From: Nitrospira sp.
GTDB lineage: Bacteria; Nitrospirota; Nitrospiria; Nitrospirales; Nitrospiraceae
Reading direction: 5' to 3'
Length of the DNA: 64,000 nt
Assembly (NCBI GenBank): GCA_024998625.1
Contig: JACOEL010000021.1
Location: forward strand, 114-64,113
Below are positions 30,585 through 40,898 of this stretch, in pieces. The stretch's first letter is position 1. Each line of letters begins with the position of its first letter. The position numbers and the translations under genes are program-made. The notes under the pieces were generated by a model that was not told the DNA's origin, made no database searches, and worked only from the letters and a program-made list of their open reading frames with translations.

Positions 30585-33152
30585 TTAGCTCACATCTCCC
30601 AAGGCCAGCCTGCCCCGCCAGCGACGAAACATCGCGGCCTTGAACGCCTGGTGCTGAGGTAACATCAGGCCCGGATCCTCTTCCAACAACGTCACGGCTT
30701 CCTGCCTGGCCTGCTCCAACAATTGCGCGTCCCGCACCAGATTCGCAGCTCGAAACTCCGGCACCCCCCACTGACGCAGCCCCAGAAATTCACCGGGGCC
30801 TCTGATTCGGAGATCTTCTTCGGCAATGACAAATCCATCGTTCGAGTTCACGAGCGCGGCCAACCGTTGTTGCGTTTTGGAGGCATTCTGCTCCGGCCGG
30901 CCGTCACGGCTGACCCGCGTCCTGGCCGCTCGCGCGAGGTATGTGGCCATCAAAATACAGAGCGATTGATGTGCCCCACGCCCAACACGCCCTCGCAATT
31001 GATGTAACTGCGCCAACCCGAATCGTTCGGCATGCTCGATGACCATGACCGTTGCATTCGGCACGTCTACCCCGACCTCGATCACTGTGGTCGCAACGAG
31101 AACCTGAATTGTCCCGGCCTTGAACGCCGCCATGGTACGCTCTTTTTCCGCGGTCGGAAGCCGGCCGTGCAGCAATCCAACCCGCGCCTGAGGAAAAACC
31201 TCGCGCTGCAGATGTTCCGCACCCTGAATGGCCGCCTTGAGATCCACCTTCTCGGATTCCTCGACCAGCGGATAGACGATATACACCTGACGCCCGGCCT
31301 TCAACTCATCTCCCACCAGCTGCCAGGTCTTCTGACGTTGCCCGTCGGTATAGAGCAAGGTTCGCACCGGCTTACGGCCCGGCGGCAACATATCGATCAC
31401 CGATACATCCAAGTCTCCATAAACGGTCATGGCCAGGGTTCTCGGAATCGGCGTCGCCGTCATCACCAGCACGTCCGGTCGATACCCTTTCTCCAGCAAC
31501 GTCTTCCTTTGCAAGACGCCGAACTTGTGCTGTTCATCGACAATCACCAGGCCAAGCTTCGCGAACCGCACTTTCTTTTGAATCAATGCATGGGTGCCGA
31601 TCGCGACCTGCGTAGCGCCGGACTCCAACTGCATCAGCGTCTCGTTTCGGTCTTTTGCCTTACCCCCGCTGGTCAGCAGCACTGCCTTCAATCCCACGGC
31701 CTCCAGCAAGGGGGCGAGATTCAGATAGTGCTGTTCGGCCAGAATTTCGGTAGGGACCATCAACGCCGTCTGGCAGCCCGATCCACAAGCCATCACCAGG
31801 GCATGCAGCGCCACCACGGTTTTCCCGGACCCGACATCCCCCTGCACCAGGCGATTCATCGGCCGAGAACTCACCATATCAGCTTGAATCTCGCGAAACA
31901 CGCGTTCCTGCGCGGAAGTCAGCGTAAAGGGCAGAACCTTCGCCAATTGCTTCAGCTGCGGCACGTGAGGATTGAACCGAATTGCTTTGGGCTCTTCCTT
32001 CATCTCCCGCTGGCGAAGCACTATGGCTGCCTGCAACAGCAACAGTTCTTCGAATGCCAATCGTCGGTGGGCAGACGTCACCCCCTGATCCAGAACGGCC
32101 AGATCCGTCTTCGGCAGAGGAAAATGCACCTGCTGAATCGCCTCGCCAATAGGCGGTAACCGATGGCGCGCACGGACAGACAGCGGCAGTACCTCCTCCA
32201 TGTCAGCCCCATACTCCGCCAGCAACCCCTGCATCAAAACTCGCATCTGACGTGACGTCCACCCCTTCGTTTCGTGGTAGATCGGAACGATGCGCCCCAC
32301 ATGGAGTAACTCATCCTCGCCGCCGCTCAAGACCTCAAACTGCGTCGCTTCCAACCGCACATCGGTCCACCCACCCCGACCGGCCACCACCCGCCCGGAC
32401 ATCATGACCCGCAGACCTTCCTTCAATACATCTTCCAAGTATGGTTGGTTAAAAAACACCGCATGCACAGTCCCCGTTGCGTCCTGAACCGCCACATCGA
32501 AAATCGACAGCCGGCGAACGCGCGCACGCGTTGCCTCTGCCCGAGTGATCACGCCGCAAACGCTCCGTGTAGCCCCCAACACAAGCTCGGCCACCGGCGT
32601 GATGACCGAACGATCTTCATAGCGCCATGGTAACGTCCACAAGGCCTGCTCGACAGTGCGCGCGCCCAGCCGCTCCAGCAAGAGGGTTCGTTTGGGACCA
32701 ACTCCTTTTGCATATTGAATCGATAGCTCCCACAGCGGTCTGGCAGGACTGGACCGAACTGGTGGAGGTTGTACTTGGTTCTCCTTCGGAGACCCCGCCG
32801 GCTGACTCACCGCTCGCGCGTCCCCTTGTAGGCGGCTGAGCAGCGCCAGCGCTTTCGTGAGCCGATCCTGCTGTTCGAGGGGTGTGAGCCGAGTGTGAAA
32901 GTCGACAAACAGGTTGCGTAGTGCGATCAGTTCCGTCTCCAGCGCTCGCGGATAGACTCGCTCGCCAAGAGTGCCAATCACCTGTTGCGACACAAAACGG
33001 TCAAGATTCCTGACCGCCGAGAGATGGGCGTAGGCATCGCGACAAGCAAATTCAATCGGTCTGGTTACACGATGCAGGAAGGCTTGGAACGGATCGTGAG
33101 AGTCGGCGGATTCAGGACGTGGCATCCTGGAGCGGGATCGTACCACAGCCAC
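30585..33152 (-). CDS. recG: ATP-dependent DNA helicase RecG
   Basis: QGDVGSGKT, DEQHKFG, MTATPIPRTL, QLHQLRGRVGRG, DL.IRGPGE..G..Q.G. Confidence 0.97.
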   Translation of the reverse strand: MAVVRSRSRMPRPESADSHDPFQAFLHRVTRPIEFACRDAYAHLSAVRNLDRFVSQQVIGTLGERVYPRALETELIALRNLFVDFHTRLTPLEQQDRLTKALALLSRLQGDARAVSQPAGSPKENQVQPPPVRSSPARPLWELSIQYAKGVGPKRTLLLERLGARTVEQALWTLPWRYEDRSVITPVAELVLGATRSVCGVITRAEATRARVRRLSIFDVAVQDATGTVHAVFFNQPYLEDVLKEGLRVMMSGRVVAGRGGWTDVRLEATQFEVLSGGEDELLHVGRIVPIYHETKGWTSRQMRVLMQGLLAEYGADMEEVLPLSVRARHRLPPIGEAIQQVHFPLPKTDLAVLDQGVTSAHRRLAFEELLLLQAAIVLRQREMKEEPKAIRFNPHVPQLKQLAKVLPFTLTSAQERVFREIQADMVSSRPMNRLVQGDVGSGKTVVALHALVMACGSGCQTALMVPTEILAEQHYLNLAPLLEAVGLKAVLLTSGGKAKDRNETLMQLESGATQVAIGTHALIQKKVRFAKLGLVIVDEQHKFGVLQRKTLLEKGYRPDVLVMTATPIPRTLAMTVYGDLDVSVIDMLPPGRKPVRTLLYTDGQRQKTWQLVGDELKAGRQVYIVYPLVEESEKVDLKAAIQGAEHLQREVFPQARVGLLHGRLPTAEKERTMAAFKAGTIQVLVATTVIEVGVDVPNATVMVIEHAERFGLAQLHQLRGRVGRGAHQSLCILMATYLARAARTRVSRDGRPEQNASKTQQRLAALVNSNDGFVIAEEDLRIRGPGEFLGLRQWGVPEFRAANLVRDAQLLEQARQEAVTLLEEDPGLMLPQHQAFKAAMFRRWRGRLALGDVS

Positions 33153-33287
33153 CTTGACGGCTCAACGAGAGGGCTTCTGCCGAATGGTAGCCAGTCGCAC
33201 AGACCCCGGCTGCTTTTTCAACTTCCCTTTGTCCGCTCCCAGCTCGGTGGTACAGTGAATTCGCGTAGGATTCACGGAAGGACACCT

Positions 33288-34730
33288 ATGTATCGACGCA
33301 ATATCAAACATATTCTCGGGCCTCTAGCCGTGTTGATCGGCATCTTTATTTTCTATCAAACCTGGCTGAAGCCTCGCTATTTCCACGACACACCGGCTCC
33401 ATCACCGCAGATCATTGTCGAGGAGCCCCCCCCTGCGTCGAACGCTCCTGTAGCCCCGTCACTGGAACGTACCGTCCCGGAGACCAAACGGTCGAGGACC
33501 ATCGATCCAGTCAGCATTCCCGTTCCGAGACACTCCGAATTGCTCGCAGCCATTCACGAAGAACTCGAGAAGCACAATATTGCCTTAGCAGAGACGAAAC
33601 TGGAGGAATTGCCGACGTCCATCCTGACGGAATCCGCCACCAAGCGGCATATTGCCATCTTGTGGAATAACCTCGGAATCCTCCAAGAAAGAAGCGGGGG
33701 GACCGAATTTTCCGTGAAGGCATTTAAGAAAGCGGTCGCGCTCGACCCTCAAAATCCGATTGCCCACCTCAATCTCGCCCATGCTTACTGGGGGTTGCGG
33801 GACCCCGCACTCACGGAAGATTTCCTCCGGAAAGTCGTGACACTGTCTCCGGACGAGCCATTCCCCCATGTTGCCTTGGCAGACCTACTACAGGAGAAGG
33901 ATCACCTCCCGGAGGCTGGCAGACACCTCGCGCAGGCCAAGGAGCGAATTAAGAAAGACCCCGGCCTTCAGTCTTACCTGAAGGCGGTCACGACGAAAGT
34001 ACATCGCGCCGAGAAAGTTGAAGATAAATTCTCGACGCACAGCAGCGTCCACTTTACCGTCAAATACGACGGGGGTGACGACCCGGACACGTGGACAACC
34101 GTGCTGGATATTCTTGAAGAGGCCTATCGGGAAATCGGTCAGAAATTCAATTTTTTCCCGTCAAAGCCAATCATCGTCGTCCTGCACACAAAGAATCAGT
34201 TTCAAGGCGCCACGGGAAGCCCCGGTTGGGCGGATGGCCTGTTTGATCCCGTCCTTGGGCGCATTCAAATCCCAACCCAAGGCGCTGCAACGGATCGAGC
34301 TTGGTTGACTCGAGTGCTTCGTCACGAATTTGTACATGCCCTGATTCACGAGGAATTGGGGGCAACCGGCGGAATGATTCCAACCTGGCTGAATGAAGGT
34401 TTGGCAATGCAACTGGCCGGTGATCCCTGGCAGGAGGTGACCGGCGTCACGTCCAGTGAACACAGCCTGGTTCCTTTGACGGCGCTTGAGGGTAGTTGGG
34501 AAAGTCTGCCTGCGGAGAAGGTCGGTCTCGCTTATAGAGAGGCCAATGCCGCCGCTCACTATCTCATCGAACGGTTCGGCATGCACAAGGTTCACGAGGT
34601 GCTGCTCCACCTGAAGGCCCGACAGACAATTGCCGCCGCCATGCAGGATAGGCTGCTGCTGTCCTACGATCACTTCCAGCAGCAATGGGCGGACAGCTTG
34701 GGCACCACACCGGTTCAGCCAAAATCCTAA
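33288..34730 (+). CDS. Membrane-anchored TPR + peptidase-MA-like (gluzincin) protein
   Basis: N-terminal TM, TPR (WNNLG, A.LNLA), LRHEFVHA...WLNEGLA. Confidence 0.85.
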   Translation: MYRRNIKHILGPLAVLIGIFIFYQTWLKPRYFHDTPAPSPQIIVEEPPPASNAPVAPSLERTVPETKRSRTIDPVSIPVPRHSELLAAIHEELEKHNIALAETKLEELPTSILTESATKRHIAILWNNLGILQERSGGTEFSVKAFKKAVALDPQNPIAHLNLAHAYWGLRDPALTEDFLRKVVTLSPDEPFPHVALADLLQEKDHLPEAGRHLAQAKERIKKDPGLQSYLKAVTTKVHRAEKVEDKFSTHSSVHFTVKYDGGDDPDTWTTVLDILEEAYREIGQKFNFFPSKPIIVVLHTKNQFQGATGSPGWADGLFDPVLGRIQIPTQGAATDRAWLTRVLRHEFVHALIHEELGATGGMIPTWLNEGLAMQLAGDPWQEVTGVTSSEHSLVPLTALEGSWESLPAEKVGLAYREANAAAHYLIERFGMHKVHEVLLHLKARQTIAAAMQDRLLLSYDHFQQQWADSLGTTPVQPKS

Positions 34731-34733
34731 AAG

Positions 34734-35690
34734 CTATCGCAGCTTCGTCTGATAAGCCTGACGCCCCAGCGAAGCGCTAGGACTCCAAGATGGAATGGCC
34801 TGAGGATGCGCACGAAGCTCAGGCTCGATCGAAGGCTCCTCAATGCGCTCTACTTGCTCGAACGAATCCTCCCACAAGAGCGTTCCGGATGTGCGATCGT
34901 AGGTCCGTACAACCAAATCAAAAATATGTCCGATGGGATCGCCGACCGACCTGACGAACAGCCCACCGAATAACACCCCTTCGACACGGGCGCGCTTCCG
35001 AACCCCTGGAGCGAACTGATCCTGCCAGACAAGTCCACCCGTGAAAGGATTGACGGCGCGAACCGAGAAGAGGGTCTGAAGCGGAGTGGTGCTGGAAACC
35101 GATACTTGTAGCACCGATGTGCAACTCGGGATGATCGTCGCGCTGGCTCTCGTCAGGCCACCTTCCCCCACTTTGAGCAAATTTAACTGCCCTTCCCAGA
35201 GAAACCTTCCCGTTTCTGCGTCATACACTCTCAACATGAAGGCTGATTTCCCTTTGGAGTCAGTTCCAATGCCGCCGGCAAAAATGCGCCCTCTATTCCC
35301 ATCATGCTCGGCGGCGCCCTCTTCCTTCACGTTCACATCGAACGAATCCTCCGACAGGATGGCGCCTGACGGCGCATCGTACGTCCGGACCGTAATCATT
35401 GAGGATCCGGCCGCCTGAAAACCAAACCCGGCCGCCAACACGTCTGAATGATCGGCAGGCGCTTGGGCCACGACCTTCCCGCTAAATCCAGGAGCGACTA
35501 CGCTGCCCGGAGATACATGCGAGGGGGCAGCTGAAGAAAGGCCGGAAATGAGCACGAGCACACTCGTCGCCCACAAAGCTAACGCCAATCGTCGCTCCGT
35601 TGGTAGACGACCGAGCCTTCTCGACCTTCTGTTTAATCGCGTTCCAAGAAGCCACCCAGCGATGTTCTCTGAAAATAGATGTAGGGCCAC
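34734..35690 (-). CDS. Exported hypothetical protein with four PQQ-like blade motifs
   Basis: AGGGAGG RBS, GTG start; RTYDAPSGAIL, RVYDAETGRFLW, RAVNPFTGGLVW, RTYDRTSGTLLW. Confidence 0.7.
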   Translation of the reverse strand: MALHLFSENIAGWLLGTRLNRRSRRLGRLPTERRLALALWATSVLVLISGLSSAAPSHVSPGSVVAPGFSGKVVAQAPADHSDVLAAGFGFQAAGSSMITVRTYDAPSGAILSEDSFDVNVKEEGAAEHDGNRGRIFAGGIGTDSKGKSAFMLRVYDAETGRFLWEGQLNLLKVGEGGLTRASATIIPSCTSVLQVSVSSTTPLQTLFSVRAVNPFTGGLVWQDQFAPGVRKRARVEGVLFGGLFVRSVGDPIGHIFDLVVRTYDRTSGTLLWEDSFEQVERIEEPSIEPELRAHPQAIPSWSPSASLGRQAYQTKLR

Positions 35691-35884
35691 GTGTGCCTCC
35701 CTGTGAGAGGCGGATTCTCACTCGAATACCCACACGCGGTAAATCACACAGCGGGCCGGGAAGGCCCCTCAAAGGTTGGGTGCATGATCGCATCTTGAGG
35801 TGAACTTGATGGGACAAAGAGATCCCTGCTAGCAAGCCCCCGATAAATCGCCTGGCCTGAGAAACAGGGCCAGGGAATCTTGCG

Positions 35885-36385
35885 ATGGGCAATCGCGGCA
35901 GCTATAGTGCCTCCATGAAGGCATCTCGTCCGGTCATCGCTCTGCTCGTTGCTCTGGTCATGCTGGAAGGCCTGCTTTTTGAGGCAGGATCGGCCACCTC
36001 GCTGGCCACGATCCGGGGTGGCATTTTGTTAGGGTTTCTGTTCGTGGTTCCGATACTACTGGTGGCGGGGACTCTCCTACTCCGTCAACGTTGGGTCATA
36101 ATGGCAGCCGTTATGTACAGCACGATTGCCCTGGCACTTGATCTCGCTACAATCGTCCAGGAAGCAAGCCAGGCTTCCCCCCGCCCTCTGATCCTGGCAC
36201 TGACTCTTGGAAGCAGCCTGCTTAATTTTCTCATCATGATCTTCGGGGGCCGGTGCGCGCTTTCCTTCCGGACAGGCGAATCGCCGCTAACACCCTCCAT
36301 CCCAATCTTCAGTCCCCTTCTTCATCCTAAGCGGCCTGATCCGCCCCCCACTCGAAGCCACTCGGCTGGTTCACTGAATGAATAA
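35885..36385 (+). CDS. Hypothetical 4-TM membrane protein (alternative start 35915)
   Basis: Four hydrophobic helices. Confidence 0.7.
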   Translation: MGNRGSYSASMKASRPVIALLVALVMLEGLLFEAGSATSLATIRGGILLGFLFVVPILLVAGTLLLRQRWVIMAAVMYSTIALALDLATIVQEASQASPRPLILALTLGSSLLNFLIMIFGGRCALSFRTGESPLTPSIPIFSPLLHPKRPDPPPTRSHSAGSLNE

Positions 36386-36390
36386 GTATT

Positions 36391-36672
36391 TCAAGCAGGT
36401 GTACTCCGCAGCCTGCTCACGGCGAATAGGCTGGCTTCTTCGGGATAGGAGCCTTCTCGGTCGTGAAGAAATGCATCCTGACTGATCAGTCGTTCGCCGG
36501 GGGATAACACGGAATACAATCGCAGAAAAAGCGCTTGGCTCACATCGAGAGTCTGAGCCAGCTTCGGGATAAACCCGTTCCCCAACCCCATTACGGCAAA
36601 GAGATTCTGCTCAAGCGCCGTGACAATCACACACAGCAATCGTAGGCAGCCAGGACACGACGAAGGCTTCAA
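36391..36672 (-). CDS. Doubtful small hypothetical protein
   Basis: Fills the gap after the operon, TTG start, no recognisable motif. Confidence 0.3.
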   Translation of the reverse strand: MKPSSCPGCLRLLCVIVTALEQNLFAVMGLGNGFIPKLAQTLDVSQALFLRLYSVLSPGERLISQDAFLHDREGSYPEEASLFAVSRLRSTPA

Positions 36673-36720
36673 TGCTTGTGGTGGGGGGCCTACGAGGTAA
36701 CCCTACTAAATTGTCTCGTG

Positions 36721-37158
36721 CTATGGCTGAATCTTGAAGAGATTCTGGCACCAGCGCACGGCAGCTAGGACCTCATCAAACCGATCAAAGTCGACTGTCT
36801 TGTGGAACGTAATGGCGACATACTCATCATTCATATCCGTCTGCTCCGAGAATCCCGCCTTGAGGAGGGCCGGCCGTTTCTTGGACACCGCAGGACCCAG
36901 GAAATACTTGGCCTGTTTCGCCACTTCATCGGTTCCCAGATCTTCAGTTGTCCCATCGCACATCAGACTCTTCACATCGTCCATGGCGATTCCGTGCTGA
37001 CAGAGAAGTTGTCCATCAGACCGCACCTCCAACAACCACCCATCTTCCCCCAGATCAAGCGTCAGGGCTCCACCGGGCTCCAGCTCATAAAATTGCGGAA
37101 CCGTGCTCACTAGCCGTGTTCGAGCCTGTTCCCATGATGGAAGCGCGACGATATTCAT
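36721..37158 (-). CDS. Hypothetical protein
   Basis: 145 aa, start overlaps the stop of the upstream TPR gene. Confidence 0.75.
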   Translation of the reverse strand: MNIVALPSWEQARTRLVSTVPQFYELEPGGALTLDLGEDGWLLEVRSDGQLLCQHGIAMDDVKSLMCDGTTEDLGTDEVAKQAKYFLGPAVSKKRPALLKAGFSEQTDMNDEYVAITFHKTVDFDRFDEVLAAVRWCQNLFKIQP

Positions 37159-37979
37159 GCGCGTGACTCCCGCGGCTGGGGAGTCGGGTCTTCGGCGTCT
37201 AAACGAGCACGAAGCCGTTCGAGGCGAGTCACATTCTCGGCCAATTTAGGGAGATCGTACTTACGGTCCATACGCACAACCTGCTCCAGTAACTGAATGG
37301 CCATCTGCAGCTGACCCAAATCTTCGTAGCATTGGGCGAGAACGTAACGGGCACCGCCTGTACGCAGTTCATCTCGACTCCGTTCCGCGATTGATTGACT
37401 GGTATGGCAACAAGCGATGGCGTCATCATAGCGCTTTTGGATGGCAAAGGTCCGCCCCATCATCCGCCAGGCATCGGCGACGCCTCCTTGATTGTTGAGA
37501 CGGCGCATGAGCACCAGCGACTGCTCATAGTACCGTAACGCCTCTTCGAACTGGCCTGTTTCACGCGCCACCAAGCCGAGATCGGAAAACAGCACCGCCT
37601 TTCCCAGCTCGTCATGTACCCGCGTCATGATATCGAGCGCCTCAAGGTAATAGGCTCTCGCACGATCCCACTCCCCGGCGTCAGCACGGAGATTCCCCAG
37701 ATTGGCCAGAGTCGTCCCAATGCCCTTCTCGTCTCCCAAAACCTTCTGCAACTCCAGCACTTCCTGATAATAGCTCTGAGCCGACTCCCGGCGACCACTG
37801 ACCGCGCAAATGTTGCCAAGATTGCCCAACGTCGCGCTCAAAGCGCGATGATCACCGGTCAATCGATCACATTCCAGGGCCTTTGCATAACAAGCGTAGG
37901 CATCCGTATAGTGCCCGCGCGCAAAATGCTCGTTGCCCTGACGGTTGAGTTTCTCTGAGAGTCCGTTTCGAAGGGCCAT
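37155..37979 (-). CDS. Tetratricopeptide-repeat protein
   Basis: ~40-aa repeats (LGNLGNI, LANLGNL, FSDLGLV; A..YY...L). Confidence 0.9.
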   Translation of the reverse strand: MALRNGLSEKLNRQGNEHFARGHYTDAYACYAKALECDRLTGDHRALSATLGNLGNICAVSGRRESAQSYYQEVLELQKVLGDEKGIGTTLANLGNLRADAGEWDRARAYYLEALDIMTRVHDELGKAVLFSDLGLVARETGQFEEALRYYEQSLVLMRRLNNQGGVADAWRMMGRTFAIQKRYDDAIACCHTSQSIAERSRDELRTGGARYVLAQCYEDLGQLQMAIQLLEQVVRMDRKYDLPKLAENVTRLERLRARLDAEDPTPQPRESRA

Positions 37980-37985
37980 TGTTTC

Positions 37986-38582
37986 TTACACCTGAAGCGC
38001 CTGCTCAACAGCCTGCTTGGCTCCGAATACGATGCTAGCGCCATCGCCCACAAGAATCGAGTCGAAGTTATATTTCAACAAACGCCGAAGCCCGTCTCTA
38101 GCCTTCGTGATATCGCCATATTTTTCTGGAGCCAGGAGGCTCAAGCTTCCCGCCGGTTTGCCAATTAACGCATCGCCGACGATCAACACGCCCTTCCCCT
38201 GCTGAATGTACAATGCCGACTCACCCGGAGATTTTTGATCACTCAGGTGAATGACCCAAATACCGCCGGGCAACAACTCGCCGTCCTTGAATGTCTTGGA
38301 CGGCGTCACATCCATCTGCGCGACATCGGCCTCAGGCACCTGTAGCTGGCAACGAAAATCAGCCTGGTACGTCGCCGCCTCACGGACATGATCACGGTTG
38401 GTGAGAATGATGTAATCCAGGGCGCCCTGGCGCCGAACAAATGTGTGGGCGGCGGTCGTCATGGGCGGCGGATCAACCAGAATCTTATGTTCCCCCACAT
38501 TAAGAAACAGGCCGTTAAAATCGAGCTGCTTGTCTTCTGAAAACCAGGACCATTGCCAAATTCCGGGAAGGAGTTGTTTCAC
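37986..38582 (-). CDS. Metallo-beta-lactamase-fold hydrolase-like protein
   Basis: LVDPP, LTNRDH.R, SPG, VGDAL, LVGDG (degenerate metal motifs). Confidence 0.8.
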   Translation of the reverse strand: MKQLLPGIWQWSWFSEDKQLDFNGLFLNVGEHKILVDPPPMTTAAHTFVRRQGALDYIILTNRDHVREAATYQADFRCQLQVPEADVAQMDVTPSKTFKDGELLPGGIWVIHLSDQKSPGESALYIQQGKGVLIVGDALIGKPAGSLSLLAPEKYGDITKARDGLRRLLKYNFDSILVGDGASIVFGAKQAVEQALQV

Positions 38583-38606
38583 AGATATCGCCTCACGTGG
38601 ATGGGA

Positions 38607-38846
38607 TTACAACGCTGCCACCGCATCCTGGAGGGTCTTCGTGACCTTCGCACAGATGCCGGCTTCGCTGGGAAGATCGATGATATCGTCTTCCGAGAGG
38701 GTAATGAACTTCCGATTCGGCCCCTTCGTGAGGGAAATAAGGAACATGCTGTTTGTGGGCTTCGTCGGAATCACCACCTGAACGGTCTGATCAATACCCT
38801 GCACGACTTCCAGAAACTTCTGCTTTCCCTCTTCCCATTCGTCCAT
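38607..38846 (-). CDS. Small hypothetical protein (79 aa)
   Basis: AAAGAGG RBS, tight packing in operon. Confidence 0.7.
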   Translation of the reverse strand: MDEWEEGKQKFLEVVQGIDQTVQVVIPTKPTNSMFLISLTKGPNRKFITLSEDDIIDLPSEAGICAKVTKTLQDAVAAL

Positions 38847-38865
38847 GAATGATCCTCTTTTCCTG

Positions 38866-39411
38866 CTACATGGCTCCTGCGCCGGCTGGAGTCGAAGCTG
38901 CCAACAGCTTTTCCACTTCCTGGATGATGACCTCGGCACCTGCCAATTCCATATTGCCCACCCGCTGCCACCTGATCACACCGCGCTGATCGATGACATA
39001 CACATTGGGAATGAACTTCCCGCCTCCATACAGTTTGTCGGTGGTCTTATTCGGATCGAGCAAATAGGGGTAGGTTACCTTCACGGGAAAGGCACTCAAG
39101 AATTCGCCCACGCCCCGTTTGGAATCCCCCGACGAATTGACCCCGACGACGGCCACATTTTTCCCAGCCATCGCCTCATGGACCTTTTGCAGATTGGTTC
39201 CTTGGGTCATACAGGGGTCACAAATATGAAACAGCCCGAGGACCACCACTTTCCCCTTTAACTGCTCAAGCGAAACCGCATCGCCTGTTACGGACGTCAA
39301 CGAGAAGGCCGGCGCCGGCTCGCCGACCTTAAAAAACCCGGCGGCGACTACAAGGTGGGCAGCCCACAGGTGGACGAATATGATCGCAACCGCTATGAGA
39401 ACTCGCTTCAT
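38866..39411 (-). CDS. Exported TlpA/AhpC-TSA thioredoxin-like protein
   Basis: Signal peptide, G..APAFSL, CxxC (CDPC), P.VYVID..G.IR. Confidence 0.85.
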   Translation of the reverse strand: MKRVLIAVAIIFVHLWAAHLVVAAGFFKVGEPAPAFSLTSVTGDAVSLEQLKGKVVVLGLFHICDPCMTQGTNLQKVHEAMAGKNVAVVGVNSSGDSKRGVGEFLSAFPVKVTYPYLLDPNKTTDKLYGGGKFIPNVYVIDQRGVIRWQRVGNMELAGAEVIIQEVEKLLAASTPAGAGAM

Positions 39412-39601
39412 CAGAGCCTCCTTCCTGAAATCAAGCCGATGATGGAAGCCAATACTCCCTCTGTTGGTTCTCAGCAGTCAACAATCACTGCTGGAGATGC
39501 AGGCATCCTAGCATGCGTTTTTTTTCAGGAGCAACCACTTAGGCAGGAGGGCTATTTATGTATTGACGAAGAAGCAGCTCTTCGCACATGAAAATCCGTG
39601 A

Positions 39602-40897
39602 TCAACCGGAGCTCTGCAACCACCGCACGACTGCTTCACGCATCCGGACAGAAAGAATCCATTTGGCGATAGTCCGATGAAACGGCTTCAAACAAGTGGC
39701 CAGGATACGAAGTCGTCGTTGAAACCGGAACCAGGGCAACGAACGGGTGAGCACTTCTGCTTCCGCACGACAGAGCGCGACCCCAAGTTTCCACCGCTCA
39801 AGCCAGGAATCCTTGAGAGTCATGTACAGAGCCTCCGCACAATCTTCATCAATCCCATAACGAGGATTCTTCAGCAGCAGCTTAGGCATCTTTCGAACGA
39901 GGACGGGGATGTCGCCATCTGCCTCGATCTCCTGAAGTATCGTCCGTGGGACTGCGGTATCGAACAGGCTGTGAGCCATCGCCAGGCCGAGCAGGACCAA
40001 CCGTCGACATCTCCACTCGCCTGCCTGAAACAACACACGACTCCAATCTAACGCCGGCCGCCGACGCACGAGCTCCGCCACATCGCACACCCACTTCAAC
40101 TGCTCCCACGCATGTTTTGCCCCATGCACGCAGAGAAGGATCAACAGATCCTCAGGGCAGAGCCCCATCACCGACTTTGTTGGTAAGTGAACGGGTTTCA
40201 GTCTTCCCCAAAACGCGCTCCGATCAAGCCGAAATCCGAAATGTCGGCGAACCATCACCGACTGAAGATCGACCGCAACGATGCCGTTTCGTCTTTGGAA
40301 AAAGTGATACGGCTCCCCTGACTCCTCCCTGCCACCCATGTCCTGGCTGGTCAGTTGATACCCCTGAGACCATAAGACTTTCCGAGCTTGGGGAATCGCT
40401 CCCTGCTCAACAATCAAATCAATATCTGCACATTCCCGTAAACCTAGGTCGCCATACGCCGTCTGTGCAAGCGTGACGCCTTTAAAGGGAATCGCCATCA
40501 CTCCCTTCGCTGCCAACGCGTCGAGTAGCGACACGAGTTCTTTCGCCAGCAACGTATTGAGAAGCGCATTCGCCTGATTGTGACGGCGGAAGGCTTCGTG
40601 GATAGCCGAAGGCACCGCAGCAGGACAAATCGCAACCAGATTGCGGTACACCAGTGGCGCCACTCCATGGGCTCTGGACAGCCGCCAGACCAGTCCCCAA
40701 TCAATTCCATCACAGGCCAGATCCGCCACTTCGACTCGAACAAACTCATCCACCGTCGTTCGCGCACAGAGTACGAGTAAGCGCCCCTCCGCACGCATGA
40801 GGGACAAACCTGGCGCCGGTGTTGTCCCCTTACGCGAAATACCTCCCAGGCGAGAGGAGTTCCATTGTGCGATGGTGGACCCAGGACGCCGCCCCAT
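39602..40897 (-). CDS. Nucleotidyltransferase (NTP_transf_5-like, lasso-cluster type)
   Basis: IPFKG..LA..AYGD.GLR...DIDLIV, VDLQ, LCVHGAKH.W..LKW.CD. Confidence 0.88.
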   Translation of the reverse strand: MGRRPGSTIAQWNSSRLGGISRKGTTPAPGLSLMRAEGRLLVLCARTTVDEFVRVEVADLACDGIDWGLVWRLSRAHGVAPLVYRNLVAICPAAVPSAIHEAFRRHNQANALLNTLLAKELVSLLDALAAKGVMAIPFKGVTLAQTAYGDLGLRECADIDLIVEQGAIPQARKVLWSQGYQLTSQDMGGREESGEPYHFFQRRNGIVAVDLQSVMVRRHFGFRLDRSAFWGRLKPVHLPTKSVMGLCPEDLLILLCVHGAKHAWEQLKWVCDVAELVRRRPALDWSRVLFQAGEWRCRRLVLLGLAMAHSLFDTAVPRTILQEIEADGDIPVLVRKMPKLLLKNPRYGIDEDCAEALYMTLKDSWLERWKLGVALCRAEAEVLTRSLPWFRFQRRLRILATCLKPFHRTIAKWILSVRMREAVVRWLQSSG

Positions 40898-40898
40898 G

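Noticed and set aside
35702-35880. Assignment to 6S, SRP, TPP, c-di-GMP-I or guanidine-I RNA
   Set aside because: Only scattered short motifs match and in the wrong order; kept as an unassigned structured region.
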